Shown: positions 8,417 to 17,468 of the stretch, in pieces | Numbering within the stretch: position 1 is the first letter of the stretch | Layout: every line of letters starts with the position of its first letter | Assembly: GCA_051532035.1 (NCBI GenBank) | Contig: JAOPTW010000042.1 | Span: 12,418 to 58,474 of the forward strand | Direction of reading: 5' to 3' | DNA length: 46,057 nt | DNA from: Fibrobacterales bacterium | Lineage (GTDB): Bacteria; Fibrobacterota; Fibrobacteria; Fibrobacterales; JAOPTW01 | Notes under the pieces: model-generated | Database searches by the model: none | The model's input: the letters and a program-made list of their open reading frames with translations, nothing else | Told to the model about the DNA's origin: nothing | Position numbers and translations under genes: made by a program

Positions 8417-11014
8417 TTATATACCTGTTCTACCTTCACGAATACCATATTTTATCCAATGATTCAGATATAACTGCCAATTTGTCCCATAATATTTTCT
8501 CAAATCATAGTAGCGGTTTGCATAAATCTTTGTAAAAAATTCACTTGATCCCCTTCTGCCTTCTTTAATACCTGCACGATTCCAATGATCAAGTGCTAAC
8601 TGGTAATTATTACCATAACCATCTTTCAAATCTTTGTATCTATTCAAATAATATTTCGCATCAAATGCAGATGATGCAACCCTACCAGCCTTGATCCCTT
8701 CAGTTTTCCAATGGTTCAACAATGCTTCAGGATTGTATCCATATTTATGCTGTAGCTCTGGGTACCTATGAAAATAATAGTCAGAATCAAAGTCATTGGT
8801 TCTAATTCTACCTGCGTGATAGTATCGCACTCCCTCTTTTTTGAAATACACTGTGATTGCATGGTATTCAGATACATTTTCAAACACATAGTTTCCCTCT
8901 TCGTTCAAGCCAATCACTGCATTGTCTGCCCGGGTATAATTTACTTCATATCCATCAAAAGGAGTGACAACAACCTCAATATCTTCTCCTTCTAAAACAG
9001 GGATGTATCCAACATTATGACCATCTACACCATCCTGAGCATCTTTCATATCCTGATGATCAACAATACCATTTATTCCAGAGAAGACTTTTACATAGTG
9101 TAGTCCTCTCGTTTTAATCTGAGTAGAGCCATTTGCTGTTTCTGTCCAGGCAATGACATATGATTTTTTTGATCGTATATACTCTATCGTTGGACTAGAA
9201 ACGATAACACTATCGCCTCCTGCGACCTTCTTTTTTTCACTCCAGCCATTGCCTTTATTGTAAATACATTGAATGGAGCTTTCTCCATTTGAATTATCTA
9301 CCCAAACAACAACGTTATCATTATCATACCCTACAGCTAAACTTGCAAAAAAGGCAGGATTATTTTCTTCTATAGCTTCTTCTGGCAACCAATTGATGCC
9401 ATCATGCTGTATATAATACGTTTTATTATCTTCTGTCCAATAGACTAGGTGCGCCCCACCTTTACTATCTTTTTCCATCTCCAATCCAACAACTTTTTTC
9501 CCAAACGGACTACTTACTGCCCTTACACTCTCATCATTCTGCCAGATTCCACCAGATAACATAGTGCTCTTAAGAACATAATCAAGTCCAGATCTTCGAA
9601 TACGCCAGCTGACTAGAATTTCTCCTGATTGTAATAGCGCTACATCAAACACTTTATTACCAAGGCCATGAAAGTACACATTATTGGTAATAATTACTGG
9701 GGTATCCCAGCCTTCTTCAGTATATGTAGAACAGTAAATCACTCCTGCATTATTGTTTTGATCCAACCAAAACACTTTCACTGAACCATAATTATCTACA
9801 ATTACTTTAGCTGGTCCAATCCTTTCACGGGCAACATTCACAATTGTTTGATCTACAATTTTACCCGATGCTTCATCAAAAATACCATGCAATATAGTTG
9901 CATTAAGGCTCGTCATATATGGGCTGCGTGTTCGCTGGCTCCAAACCGCATGCAGTCGCCCTTCTCTATCTTTATACGTGTCAAGTATTCTGCTGTAAAA
10001 ATAGTTATGTGTAATCGCGGTTCCTTTTTCAAGCCTATCGGTATCTATTTTTTTAAAAAAGATATCTGTATTAGGCTTTAACCCTTCTCTAATTTGCTCA
10101 AAAAATAGTGTCCCATCATTATAATCAGCTACATGTGGGGCCCATTGATCAAATTTGTTTACTACAGGATCTGAACTCACTGCCACATCATTTCTATTGA
10201 TCACCATATCATCCCTCAACTTGATCATACTTATAACGGTACCATCTGGCGCCAATTCAAATGAGACCAAATGATTTAAACTAGAAACGTATAATGGTAA
10301 GCCACCTCCTTCAATACTCGAAATTATACCACCAAAATATTTTAAATTATTCGGGTCTAAAGGATTTCTGCCATCCAATTGAGGCTCAATAAATTCCCAA
10401 TCAGAAAATTCCAGAGGGTTATCTCCCACTAACACAGCATTGACAACATGACCGAGCATACCTACTCTATACATCGGAATATTGTATAATGTTTGCCCTC
10501 CACCATATTCACTTCCGTTTAGCCCTTTCCTATATCCAGTTGCATTAAAGTACAACTGATCCGAAAAATTAACACAATCAAAATAACTATTCCATTTCAA
10601 ACTATCAGTCTTGTCTATTGTAAGCATGCGATTCAGCCAATCAAGTCTCTCTTCACGGGTCTCCAGTGTATTCCACCAACCTGGCAATATGCTATTACTA
10701 TTTACCACATTGTATATCATTTCTGCATCTATTGCATCAACAACTCCATTCGCATCAACATCAGCTCTAAAATTAACATCGCTCATTTCATTCAGAATGT
10801 TATCAATCTCAGTCACATCATCAAAATCAACTACCCCATCATTATTAACATCACCACTTCCATAATAGTTGGTTGTGTTAAACGGTTGATGAAAGGGGTC
10901 ATTGCCGTCCCACACAAGGCCGGACGTTCCCGCAAATAACAGTGCCGCAGGTACTGCAACCATGCATATACTTTTTTTAATAACTGATCCTATTGAATCA
11001 AATGATTTTTTCAT
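8417..11014 (-). CDS. Secreted multidomain protein: dockerin-like pair, putative Cys-His-Glu protease domain, beta-propeller-like region, three C-terminal repeats
   Basis: GDVNNDGVVDFDD and ADVDANGVVDAID Ca-binding loops; FDCVNFS...GHVVNAV...FIEPQ; recurring H.VW/VxW blades; 3x F...Y..RY..L...YG.N...L.HW...GI..GR. Confidence 0.75.
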   Translation of the reverse strand: MKKSFDSIGSVIKKSICMVAVPAALLFAGTSGLVWDGNDPFHQPFNTTNYYGSGDVNNDGVVDFDDVTEIDNILNEMSDVNFRADVDANGVVDAIDAEMIYNVVNSNSILPGWWNTLETREERLDWLNRMLTIDKTDSLKWNSYFDCVNFSDQLYFNATGYRKGLNGSEYGGGQTLYNIPMYRVGMLGHVVNAVLVGDNPLEFSDWEFIEPQLDGRNPLDPNNLKYFGGIISSIEGGGLPLYVSSLNHLVSFELAPDGTVISMIKLRDDMVINRNDVAVSSDPVVNKFDQWAPHVADYNDGTLFFEQIREGLKPNTDIFFKKIDTDRLEKGTAITHNYFYSRILDTYKDREGRLHAVWSQRTRSPYMTSLNATILHGIFDEASGKIVDQTIVNVARERIGPAKVIVDNYGSVKVFWLDQNNNAGVIYCSTYTEEGWDTPVIITNNVYFHGLGNKVFDVALLQSGEILVSWRIRRSGLDYVLKSTMLSGGIWQNDESVRAVSSPFGKKVVGLEMEKDSKGGAHLVYWTEDNKTYYIQHDGINWLPEEAIEENNPAFFASLAVGYDNDNVVVWVDNSNGESSIQCIYNKGNGWSEKKKVAGGDSVIVSSPTIEYIRSKKSYVIAWTETANGSTQIKTRGLHYVKVFSGINGIVDHQDMKDAQDGVDGHNVGYIPVLEGEDIEVVVTPFDGYEVNYTRADNAVIGLNEEGNYVFENVSEYHAITVYFKKEGVRYYHAGRIRTNDFDSDYYFHRYPELQHKYGYNPEALLNHWKTEGIKAGRVASSAFDAKYYLNRYKDLKDGYGNNYQLALDHWNRAGIKEGRRGSSEFFTKIYANRYYDLRKYYGTNWQLYLNHWIKYGIREGRTGI

Positions 11015-11166
11015 CTTACTTCCTTATTGTGTTTAAGTGTTTGTGAAATTAAAATTAACACGTAACAGCAAACCCCAAAAGACAAGCAACATGAAATACT
11101 TGTTAAACCGTTTAACAGGTGTTTAAAATTATTTTTTTAAAAATCTAATGCTGCACACTTAAACAC

Positions 11167-11251
11167 TATAGTGGCTAAACATATGAGGCAATCTGAAGTT
11201 GAGATTAAGGGCTGGGTAGATGGGACAAAGGGAAAGGTCGGAATAGGGTTG
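11167..11251. repeat. IS-end-like motif TATAGTGGYT...TGAGRCA joined to module F
   Basis: The motif recurs at 16335, 20313, 32858 and partially at 13956. Confidence 0.75.
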
Positions 11252-11467
11252 AGACATATGAGAATAGGTTACCGATGCAGGGAGCACTGTGAGATTCAGG
11301 AGTGAGAAGTCAGGTAAAACGGTTTGACGTGAATCAATAGTGTTTATTTGACTTGGGGGCGACATATTTAAGATATCACCATTCTCAGAAGAGTGTTAAA
11401 GAGAGCTCCCTGTTTCAGAGCTCATATATGTGTGTTAGTTACAACGTATAGTAATAACTCTCTAGAC

Positions 11468-11938
11468 TTATTTAATACCCATTTGCAACTCAATCACATT
11501 CTCATCAGATTCTGGGCCAGCCCAATTGGTATAGACCTCGCGACTGACGTCCGTTACCGATGTGCCATCTTGCATAATCGCGCCCATAAATGGTGTCCAT
11601 CCCTTTGGTCCCAAATCTTGCATACTGCCGGTATAGGTAGTCTCTAAACAATCAAAGGGTTTAGTGGTAACTAAATCATAGTTGCCTTCGTATGTACTAT
11701 CAGCAGCTATAGGAAAACAGATATAGAGGGTGAACTCTTTTTCAAAGTCATCCGTACAACCCACATATTCAAATACCGCAGGCCCCGCAGCAGTAAGACC
11801 TTTAGCTTCTATCTCCTCCATAATTTCACAAGGGATATTGCCAATGTCTTTTACGAGGGTGTTCAAGGTTGTAGTAATCGTTGCTGCTAAAAGAGTAAGA
11901 GGGGTAACGCATTTTTTTTCGATAGTAAGTTGTGACAT
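11468..11938 (-). CDS. GyrI-like small-molecule-binding domain protein
   Basis: Pattern GPAVFEY...ICFPI...TYTGS...REVY..W..P....IELQ; AAGGA RBS. Confidence 0.8.
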   Translation of the reverse strand: MSQLTIEKKCVTPLTLLAATITTTLNTLVKDIGNIPCEIMEEIEAKGLTAAGPAVFEYVGCTDDFEKEFTLYICFPIAADSTYEGNYDLVTTKPFDCLETTYTGSMQDLGPKGWTPFMGAIMQDGTSVTDVSREVYTNWAGPESDENVIELQMGIK

Positions 11939-11990
11939 AAGGATTTCCTTGTTTATTGTCTGAGGCGACCACCATGATCACCTGTATACA

Positions 11991-12024
11991 ATCATACAAA
12001 CCCGGAGTGACAACCCTATGTCAG
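11991..12024 (-). promoter_or_regulatory. WYL-regulator (PafBC/YafY-type) promoter box
   Basis: Minus strand reads CTGACA-TAGGGT-TGTCAC, then exactly 10 nt, then TATGAT, upstream of the GyrI-like gene. Confidence 0.65.
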
Positions 12025-12225
12025 TATGTTTTGATACCTATACATAAGGCTTACATGGGTAAACAACCTCAATAGCGCAAAATCCTATTCAGAATAGTGG
12101 TCTGAAAGCTCTAGTGCAAGAACTTCTTGGACAAGATCAATTACACTACTGAAAACAAGGCAGACAGATCCGATGACTAATAGTTTTTTAATGGTGAACC
12201 CCTTTATTTTGCAAATATCATATAT

Positions 12226-12283
12226 AAATAACTTCCTAAATTGAGCGGATCATTTGTAATTCCGTTCCAATGCTTTGTTATTT
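12226..12283 (-). mobile_element. attC-like integron cassette recombination site (58 bp)
   Basis: Minus strand AAATAAC-AAAGC-ATTGGAACGGA-ATTACAAATGA-TCCGCTCAAT-TTAGGAA-GTTATTT: complementary R boxes with the AAC/GTT core, L boxes with one extra base, 12 nt after a stop codon. Confidence 0.65.
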
Positions 12284-12295
12284 ATTTTTAATATT

Positions 12296-12571
12296 TTATT
12301 CAACATCAGATACATGTATTAACACTTCTCTTTCATCTTGAATATCATCATACTCACCAAACCCAATTCCCTTTATCTTACTCCCACAGAATGGACAATA
12401 ATAAAGATGATAAAATCCATTTATGAACCACTGGGTTTCATCAATAGAATCCGTTACACTATAAGAATACTATAAACTACGGGGCATCATTACGCCTGTT
12501 AATTGATGGCTCCCGCTGTTGCTTGCAGTTTCAAATGGCACACAGCAATACTGTATCCGAATTATTTTCAA
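12296..12571 (-). pseudogene. Small CC...YCPFCG zinc-ribbon-like cassette gene interrupted by an in-frame TAG
   Basis: Hand translation from TTG: MKIIRIQYCCVPFETASNSGSHQLTGVMMPRSL*YSYSVTDSIDETQWFINGFYHLYYCPFCGSKIKGIGFGEYDD...; TAG at 12470-12472. Confidence 0.6.
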
Positions 12572-12709
12572 AAGGTGCTCCCGCCACGGAATCAGAGATA
12601 TGGAGTGGCGGGTAAATCATGCTATCTAATTTATATTGATTGAATGGAAATTGAGATACTATACAATATCTTCTTCATGTTCATCCGCAGGCTCTGCTAC
12701 TGTAATCAG

Positions 12710-12797
12710 TTATTTAATAGTTTCAAGAGCAACTTTTGCCTTGAGTTTAGGGTAAAAGAGAATCCACCAAAGCAATGAGTACTTCAGTGGGGCAACT
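12710..12797 (-). mobile_element. IS3-family transposase OrfA remnant
   Basis: Translates FYPKLKAKVALETIK*, resembling the IS3 OrfA motif FKAKVALEA, preceded by a possible IR remnant (AGTTGCCCCACTGAAGTA). Confidence 0.55.
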
Positions 12798-12798
12798 A

Positions 12799-13848
12799 TT
12801 ACTGTAGTGGATTGGTTCCTCTAGTAGGCTCTCCAACCTTCCAGTCTGCATCTGTATTAGTATCCTCAGTACTTTTTCTGGAAATTGATTTCCCAACGGT
12901 AAAGTCTTTGATTGCCGCACTATACCATTTGTTTGGATCCATTACTCCTGTTTCGCCTGCTACCCAACATACATAGTCTACGAGTGTACCATTTTCATCT
13001 AGAATTCCAATTGAGCCTTCATTCATTAAAAGCATATTGTAATTATTCTCCACTCCGATAATGGTGACGTCACCATTTCCATTTTGATTGGGGTATTTAG
13101 ATTTCGTAGTCCACACAAAGTCAGAATTTAAGAAGAGTTCATTAGCGGTATCTGTAGCAGAATCAGATGATACAACAAGTAATCCATTTGCCTGAATTAT
13201 CACATCACTTTTAATTACATATTCTTGATCGGTTTTGTATGAAGTGGTATTATTATACCCTCTATAATTAAAAGTCCAGCCTTTGAGGTTGATATCAGTA
13301 GAGCCAACATTGATAACTTCAAACCAATCTTTTGGACCAGCACTTACTTCATTAATGAGGACTGTACGAGGGAATCCTTTATTGTCCAAGATTAATTTAC
13401 TCGTGGTACCTAAAGACACTAGAATATTTTCTTTAGTCTCAGATACTACTAAAGAACCGCCCGAAAAAAACTTGTATGATACCTCATAGTTATTGCCTAC
13501 AGGAATGTTTGAAAATTGCATACTGATAGTGTCATTTGATATAGTGGATTTTCCGCCATATTGAAATGTTAAAGAAAGTCCACTGAGTGTTGCATAAACG
13601 CTATCAATAGAAAAAGCCTGAATATTGGTGTGTACCAATTCAAGAATTATATTACCAACAGAATCAATAGATGTATCTAATTCTTGGTCAAGAGCTGGGT
13701 TTGTATCCTGAGTTTGATCTATTGGAGTTCCATTTGTTTGAGCATTATCAGTATTCGTTGGAGCAGCTGTTGTTGCTTCATCGCTTCCGGTACAAGAGGT
13801 AACTAAAAAGCTAGCCAGCAATAGTGTGTATAGTATATAATATTTCAT
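12799..13848 (-). CDS. Lipoprotein with lamin-tail domain
   Basis: Lipobox LVTSC; LINEV...DWFEV.N.G...INLKGW; C-terminal SISR...D.D...W....PT.G; AGGAG RBS. Confidence 0.8.
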   Translation of the reverse strand: MKYYILYTLLLASFLVTSCTGSDEATTAAPTNTDNAQTNGTPIDQTQDTNPALDQELDTSIDSVGNIILELVHTNIQAFSIDSVYATLSGLSLTFQYGGKSTISNDTISMQFSNIPVGNNYEVSYKFFSGGSLVVSETKENILVSLGTTSKLILDNKGFPRTVLINEVSAGPKDWFEVINVGSTDINLKGWTFNYRGYNNTTSYKTDQEYVIKSDVIIQANGLLVVSSDSATDTANELFLNSDFVWTTKSKYPNQNGNGDVTIIGVENNYNMLLMNEGSIGILDENGTLVDYVCWVAGETGVMDPNKWYSAAIKDFTVGKSISRKSTEDTNTDADWKVGEPTRGTNPLQ

Positions 13849-14134
13849 TATTTCTCCTAAGGGGTAAGTGCTAAGTTAATGAGAATAGGAAAGCATGTAT
13901 CAGGCGTATTTCCATTTTGCCCTCATTTAATAATAATTGTATAACCTAAAAGGCTTTCAATTGAGACAACCTATAGATCACATAGTTAACGTATTGAATA
14001 ACAGAAAAGTTCCATACTTTTTAATTTTATTTACAAAATATTTTCAAGAGGCGTTTTCCAGCATCAACAAATTAATAATCTCTACAAACATAAGAAACTT
14101 TGTATGAAATCTTTTATTAAATCACAATACTAAG

Positions 14135-14310
14135 CGGACATTTTGACCTGAGACAAGGGGCTCAACGCTCGCACTATTTAAGTAGTGTCGTGATTAGGGC
14201 AAAAGCCACTCTTATACAGAAAATTCAAGAACATGTCCAAAGGTGTACACAGAATCCGCCTTATCCAGAGCTCTGCTCCTTCGACCAAATTCTGTTTCAG
14301 ATACTCCATA
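14135..14310. repeat. Composite intergenic repeat (IR-R + E + B + C); related copies at 20364-20499, 23653-23709, 16317-16335, 29156-29189
   Basis: Shared TTGACCTGAGACAAGGGG, CTCGCACTATTTAAGTAGT, GGGCAAAAGCCACTCT and CTTATCYAG..CTCTGCTCCTTC.AC.A.ATTCT.TTT. Confidence 0.9.
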
Positions 14311-14405
14311 TAATGCATAAGATATCCGGTATCGGTTCGTTTTTTTTATAATTGGACACACTAAAAAGAGTCATTAATCATTTAATTAATATTTAAGAGG
14401 GCTTT

Positions 14406-15749
14406 ATGAAATTATTTTCATTTTCTTCATTCACGGCATTTGCTCTGGTACTTACATTGGTAGTATCAGTATCGGCAAAGGAGTACACATTAATTTCAAC
14501 AGGACAGATTGCTACTGCGTCGAGTTACGAAGGCTACGGGCTTGAACCATCCAATGTCACAGATGGCGATTTAACTACCCGCTGGTCATCGTCATCTCAT
14601 GAGTGGGAGTGGGTTATGATTGACCTCGGCGAGGATAAATCGGTTGATAAATTAGTCCTCCATTGGGAAGGAGCTTTTGCAGCTGAATATAACGTGTTCG
14701 TCGCAAAACATGGTACACAAGATTGGGGAGCACCTGTTTTTGTTCAGCACAATGGACAGGGTTCAACCGAAGAGTATACGCAAGAGTTTGGGACTGGTCG
14801 CTATGTTGCAATTCAGAGTATTCGCCGTGCAACACCTTATGGCGTCTCACTCTTTGAAGTAGAGGTATATTCAGAGAACTCCTCTAATATGGTATGGCTT
14901 GGTGAGCTTACAGTAGCTCCTGTTGAGGCTGAAGAGGGTAACACCTACTATAATACTATTATTGGTGCGTTTTTTATCTATAGTAAAGAAGGTTGGATGA
15001 CGTTTACCCAGAAAGGTGACACAGGATCTAAAGGCGCAAAAGGTGACAAAGGTGATACAGGCGCACAGGGAGTAGCTGGCGCTCAAGGCCCACAGGGACC
15101 AACTGGTGCAATTCCAGATTTGAGTCAATTGCTTGAAAGAATAAGCCGGCTTGAAGCAGATGCTGAAAGACATGTCGCGCCATTCTATTTTGTAGACCCT
15201 CGGGATGATAAAAGCTATGAAGCTATTCAAATTGGTTCTCAGGTGTGGATGGCACAAAATTTAAATTTGGAGACACTCAATTCATGGTGTTATGCTGATG
15301 ACGATGCTAAATGTAATGTATATGGTCGGATATACGATTGGGAATCAGCTATGTCTGGTTCTTCTTCAAGCAATGCAACACCAAGTGGGGTCCAAGGTGT
15401 TTGTCCTGCAAATTGGCATTTGCCTAGTCTGGCGGAATGGGCAATTTTATATGATTATATAGATGCCAACAATGGTGACGTGAGAATAAATAAAAATTTA
15501 AAAGCCGCTGTTGGTTGGCATAGTAATGATTTCGATAATTTCGGTTTTTCAGCTTTGCCCGGCGGCTACCGCAATTCCAACGGTAGTTTCTACGGCGCTG
15601 GCAACTTGGGTGGCTGGTGGAGTGCTACAGAGTTTAGTAGTGCTAATGCGTGGTACAAGAGCCTCGACAACATCAACGAGCACTTCAGCAACATCAACGT
15701 TAATAAGCCTTACGGGTTCTCGGTGCGGTGTATACAGAACACTCCGTAG
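14406..15749 (+). CDS. Secreted discoidin (F5/8 type C, CBM32-like) - collagen - FISUMP protein; candidate DGR target
   Basis: Signal peptide; DGDLTTRWSS..WVMIDLG..L.WE.A.A..Y..YGVSLFEVEVY; about 10 Gly-X-Y triplets; short coiled segment; FISUMP domain ending GFSVRC. Confidence 0.9.
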   Translation: MKLFSFSSFTAFALVLTLVVSVSAKEYTLISTGQIATASSYEGYGLEPSNVTDGDLTTRWSSSSHEWEWVMIDLGEDKSVDKLVLHWEGAFAAEYNVFVAKHGTQDWGAPVFVQHNGQGSTEEYTQEFGTGRYVAIQSIRRATPYGVSLFEVEVYSENSSNMVWLGELTVAPVEAEEGNTYYNTIIGAFFIYSKEGWMTFTQKGDTGSKGAKGDKGDTGAQGVAGAQGPQGPTGAIPDLSQLLERISRLEADAERHVAPFYFVDPRDDKSYEAIQIGSQVWMAQNLNLETLNSWCYADDDAKCNVYGRIYDWESAMSGSSSSNATPSGVQGVCPANWHLPSLAEWAILYDYIDANNGDVRINKNLKAAVGWHSNDFDNFGFSALPGGYRNSNGSFYGAGNLGGWWSATEFSSANAWYKSLDNINEHFSNINVNKPYGFSVRCIQNTP

Positions 15750-15825
15750 GGTTAATTCCCGGCCCTAGACAGAAATTATTTTACGGCGATATCCGCTTGA
15801 GGGTCGCGAATTTTTTATAGATTAT

Positions 15826-15856
15826 TTACCCACCAGGACGGTGGGTATTTTTTTTA
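15826..15856 (+). terminator. Rho-independent terminator
   Basis: TACCCACC-aggac-GGTGGGTA followed by a T tract. Confidence 0.8.
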
Positions 15857-15971
15857 CATCGAGTTCCACGTTTAAAATGTTATTCCTATTGACTTGATCC
15901 ATGGTATTCCTTTTAAAAAGTGTTAGATATTTACCCAAATGTGAACATGTGCAGAGGATAATTAAACTACT

Positions 15972-16035
15972 CTCACCGGATCACTTGTGCAAAAGACACC
16001 CTCGTAAAAAAAGAACGTTTAGAGAACCAGCAAGA
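15972..16035 (+). repeat. Repeat module D flanking Rpn-like remnants; copy at 29149-29226
   Basis: CTCACCGGATCACT...AGACACCCT.GTAAAAAAAGAAC.TTTAGAGAACCAGCAAGA. Confidence 0.85.
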
Positions 16036-16091
16036 CAAATTCTGTCACACCTACTGTATTACATTTACCCTTTTAACTATTACAGTGACTT

Positions 16092-16296
16092 ATGCCAAAA
16101 GAAAACAGACACGATGAGATATTCAAAGAGCTCATCACCGAATGCTTTAAGGAGTTCATGGAACTCTTCTGCCCCGAAGAAGCAAAGCAGATAGACCTCT
16201 AAAATGCTGGACAAAGGCCTTAACTGGAAGCTGATTGAAGAGATCACTGGGCTAACCCGTCAAAAATTTCAGAAGCTCAAAAAGAAGTATTCTTAG
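16092..16296 (+). pseudogene. Rpn/YhgA-like (PD-(D/E)XK putative transposase) gene with most of its interior deleted
   Basis: 16092-16202 MPKENRHDEIFKELITECFKEFMELFCPEEAKQIDL* resembles the family N-terminus; 16204-16296 MLDKGLNWKLIEEITGLTRQKFQKLKKKYS* resembles the family C-terminal helix. Confidence 0.7.
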
Positions 16297-16443
16297 CTCA
16301 GCCACGGCACACAAAGCTCGCACTATTTAAGTAGTATAGTGGCTGAACATTTGAGGCAATCAAAACGGATATTTTATTGAGTTGGCGGGTCACCGGATAT
16401 TTTTTATTTGAGACATACCGATGGGCATGTCATTGATATACTC

Positions 16444-17436
16444 TTAATCATTCCCACTCTCTTTGATACAGCGTAGGTAATTTCCATTTATTTTCTCACT
16501 CATAACTAAGGTACTTAAACCGCCACCCAACTGGTAAGAAACTGCCTGAGTACTATCATTTGTCTCCCCCCACCAGATTGTTATTTTACCTTTATGTAAG
16601 TACATGTCTTCTTCACAAGAACTACAACCACCAGACACCCATAGTGAACCCGCTAAAAGAGCATTAAATCCATAAAGATCATTGCCAGCGAATGTTTTTG
16701 AAACCAAGTCATCACCAATAGAATTTTGGGAAGTGTCTCTGCTCGTAAATGCTTTCATGTCGTTCCAATTATTTTCTGTCGGAACCCCCCACCCTTTAGG
16801 GCAAATACCTTGTCCATTAGCATTACTAACCTCATATGCCTCATTGAGGTACCTTTCATTGAGTTCTAGCACATTATCCCATCTATAGAGTCTTCCAAAA
16901 TTATCACAGTTTGAATCATCATCATTATAACACCAACTATTTTGAGTTTCATAATTGAGGTTCTCTGCCATCCACAGATCTCCATCCATGAGCACCGTCA
17001 CGTAAATACTCCCATCGCGCGGGTCACAAATTTCATCATCCTTTAATGGTATCGTTGCACATACAGAGGATACTGCAGAACTATAATCACCTGAACTCTG
17101 TTGTTCATCTTCAATCATTGCATCTTGTTCCGAACTACTGGTATGCAGTACACTTGATGACCCCTCAGAGCTATTGCCCTGTGATACACTCAATGAACCC
17201 TCAGAGCTATTGACATCCAATGCACTCGATGAGACTTCCCTTTCCTCTACACAAAAAACAAAATTTAAACAATCTTGATCGTCACAATCAACATAACCGT
17301 TTTGATCGTTATCAATTGAATCTTGACAGAGAAGAGCTGTATCTTCATTTGATACATTTGAATTGGTGTTAAAATCAGAACATGCAACGAATTGAGTAAT
17401 AACAAGTAATAGCGCGTAATTAAAGATAATTTTCAT
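16444..17436 (-). CDS. FISUMP domain lipoprotein with Cys/Asp Ca-binding-like N-terminal motif
   Basis: FVAC lipobox; CQDSIDNDQNGYVDCDDQDC; DPRDG..Y..V....WMAENLNY; GICPKGW; LRCIK. Confidence 0.88.
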   Translation of the reverse strand: MKIIFNYALLLVITQFVACSDFNTNSNVSNEDTALLCQDSIDNDQNGYVDCDDQDCLNFVFCVEEREVSSSALDVNSSEGSLSVSQGNSSEGSSSVLHTSSSEQDAMIEDEQQSSGDYSSAVSSVCATIPLKDDEICDPRDGSIYVTVLMDGDLWMAENLNYETQNSWCYNDDDSNCDNFGRLYRWDNVLELNERYLNEAYEVSNANGQGICPKGWGVPTENNWNDMKAFTSRDTSQNSIGDDLVSKTFAGNDLYGFNALLAGSLWVSGGCSSCEEDMYLHKGKITIWWGETNDSTQAVSYQLGGGLSTLVMSEKINGNYLRCIKESGND

Positions 17437-17468
17437 ACATCCCTCAAAAGGTGTTTATTAAAGTTATT

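Noticed and set aside
12470..12472. In-frame TAG as pyrrolysine or recoding
   Set aside because: TAG ends several intact genes here, and the locus is surrounded by decayed elements; a nonsense mutation is simpler.
14220..14310. Module C as a conserved small protein gene
   Set aside because: Copies are truncated at different points and substitutions do not clearly preserve one frame; origin as a gene 3' end is possible but unsupported.
15511..15768. Alternative-frame 85-aa Thr/Ser-rich ORF, or an in-window DGR template
   Set aside because: By-product of the NNC-rich codons of the FISUMP gene. I found no second copy of this sequence and no RT motif in the window.
15901..16194. 97-aa ORF with similarity to 28915-29319
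   Set aside because: The shared peptide comes from non-coding repeat D; the real coding remnant is in another frame.
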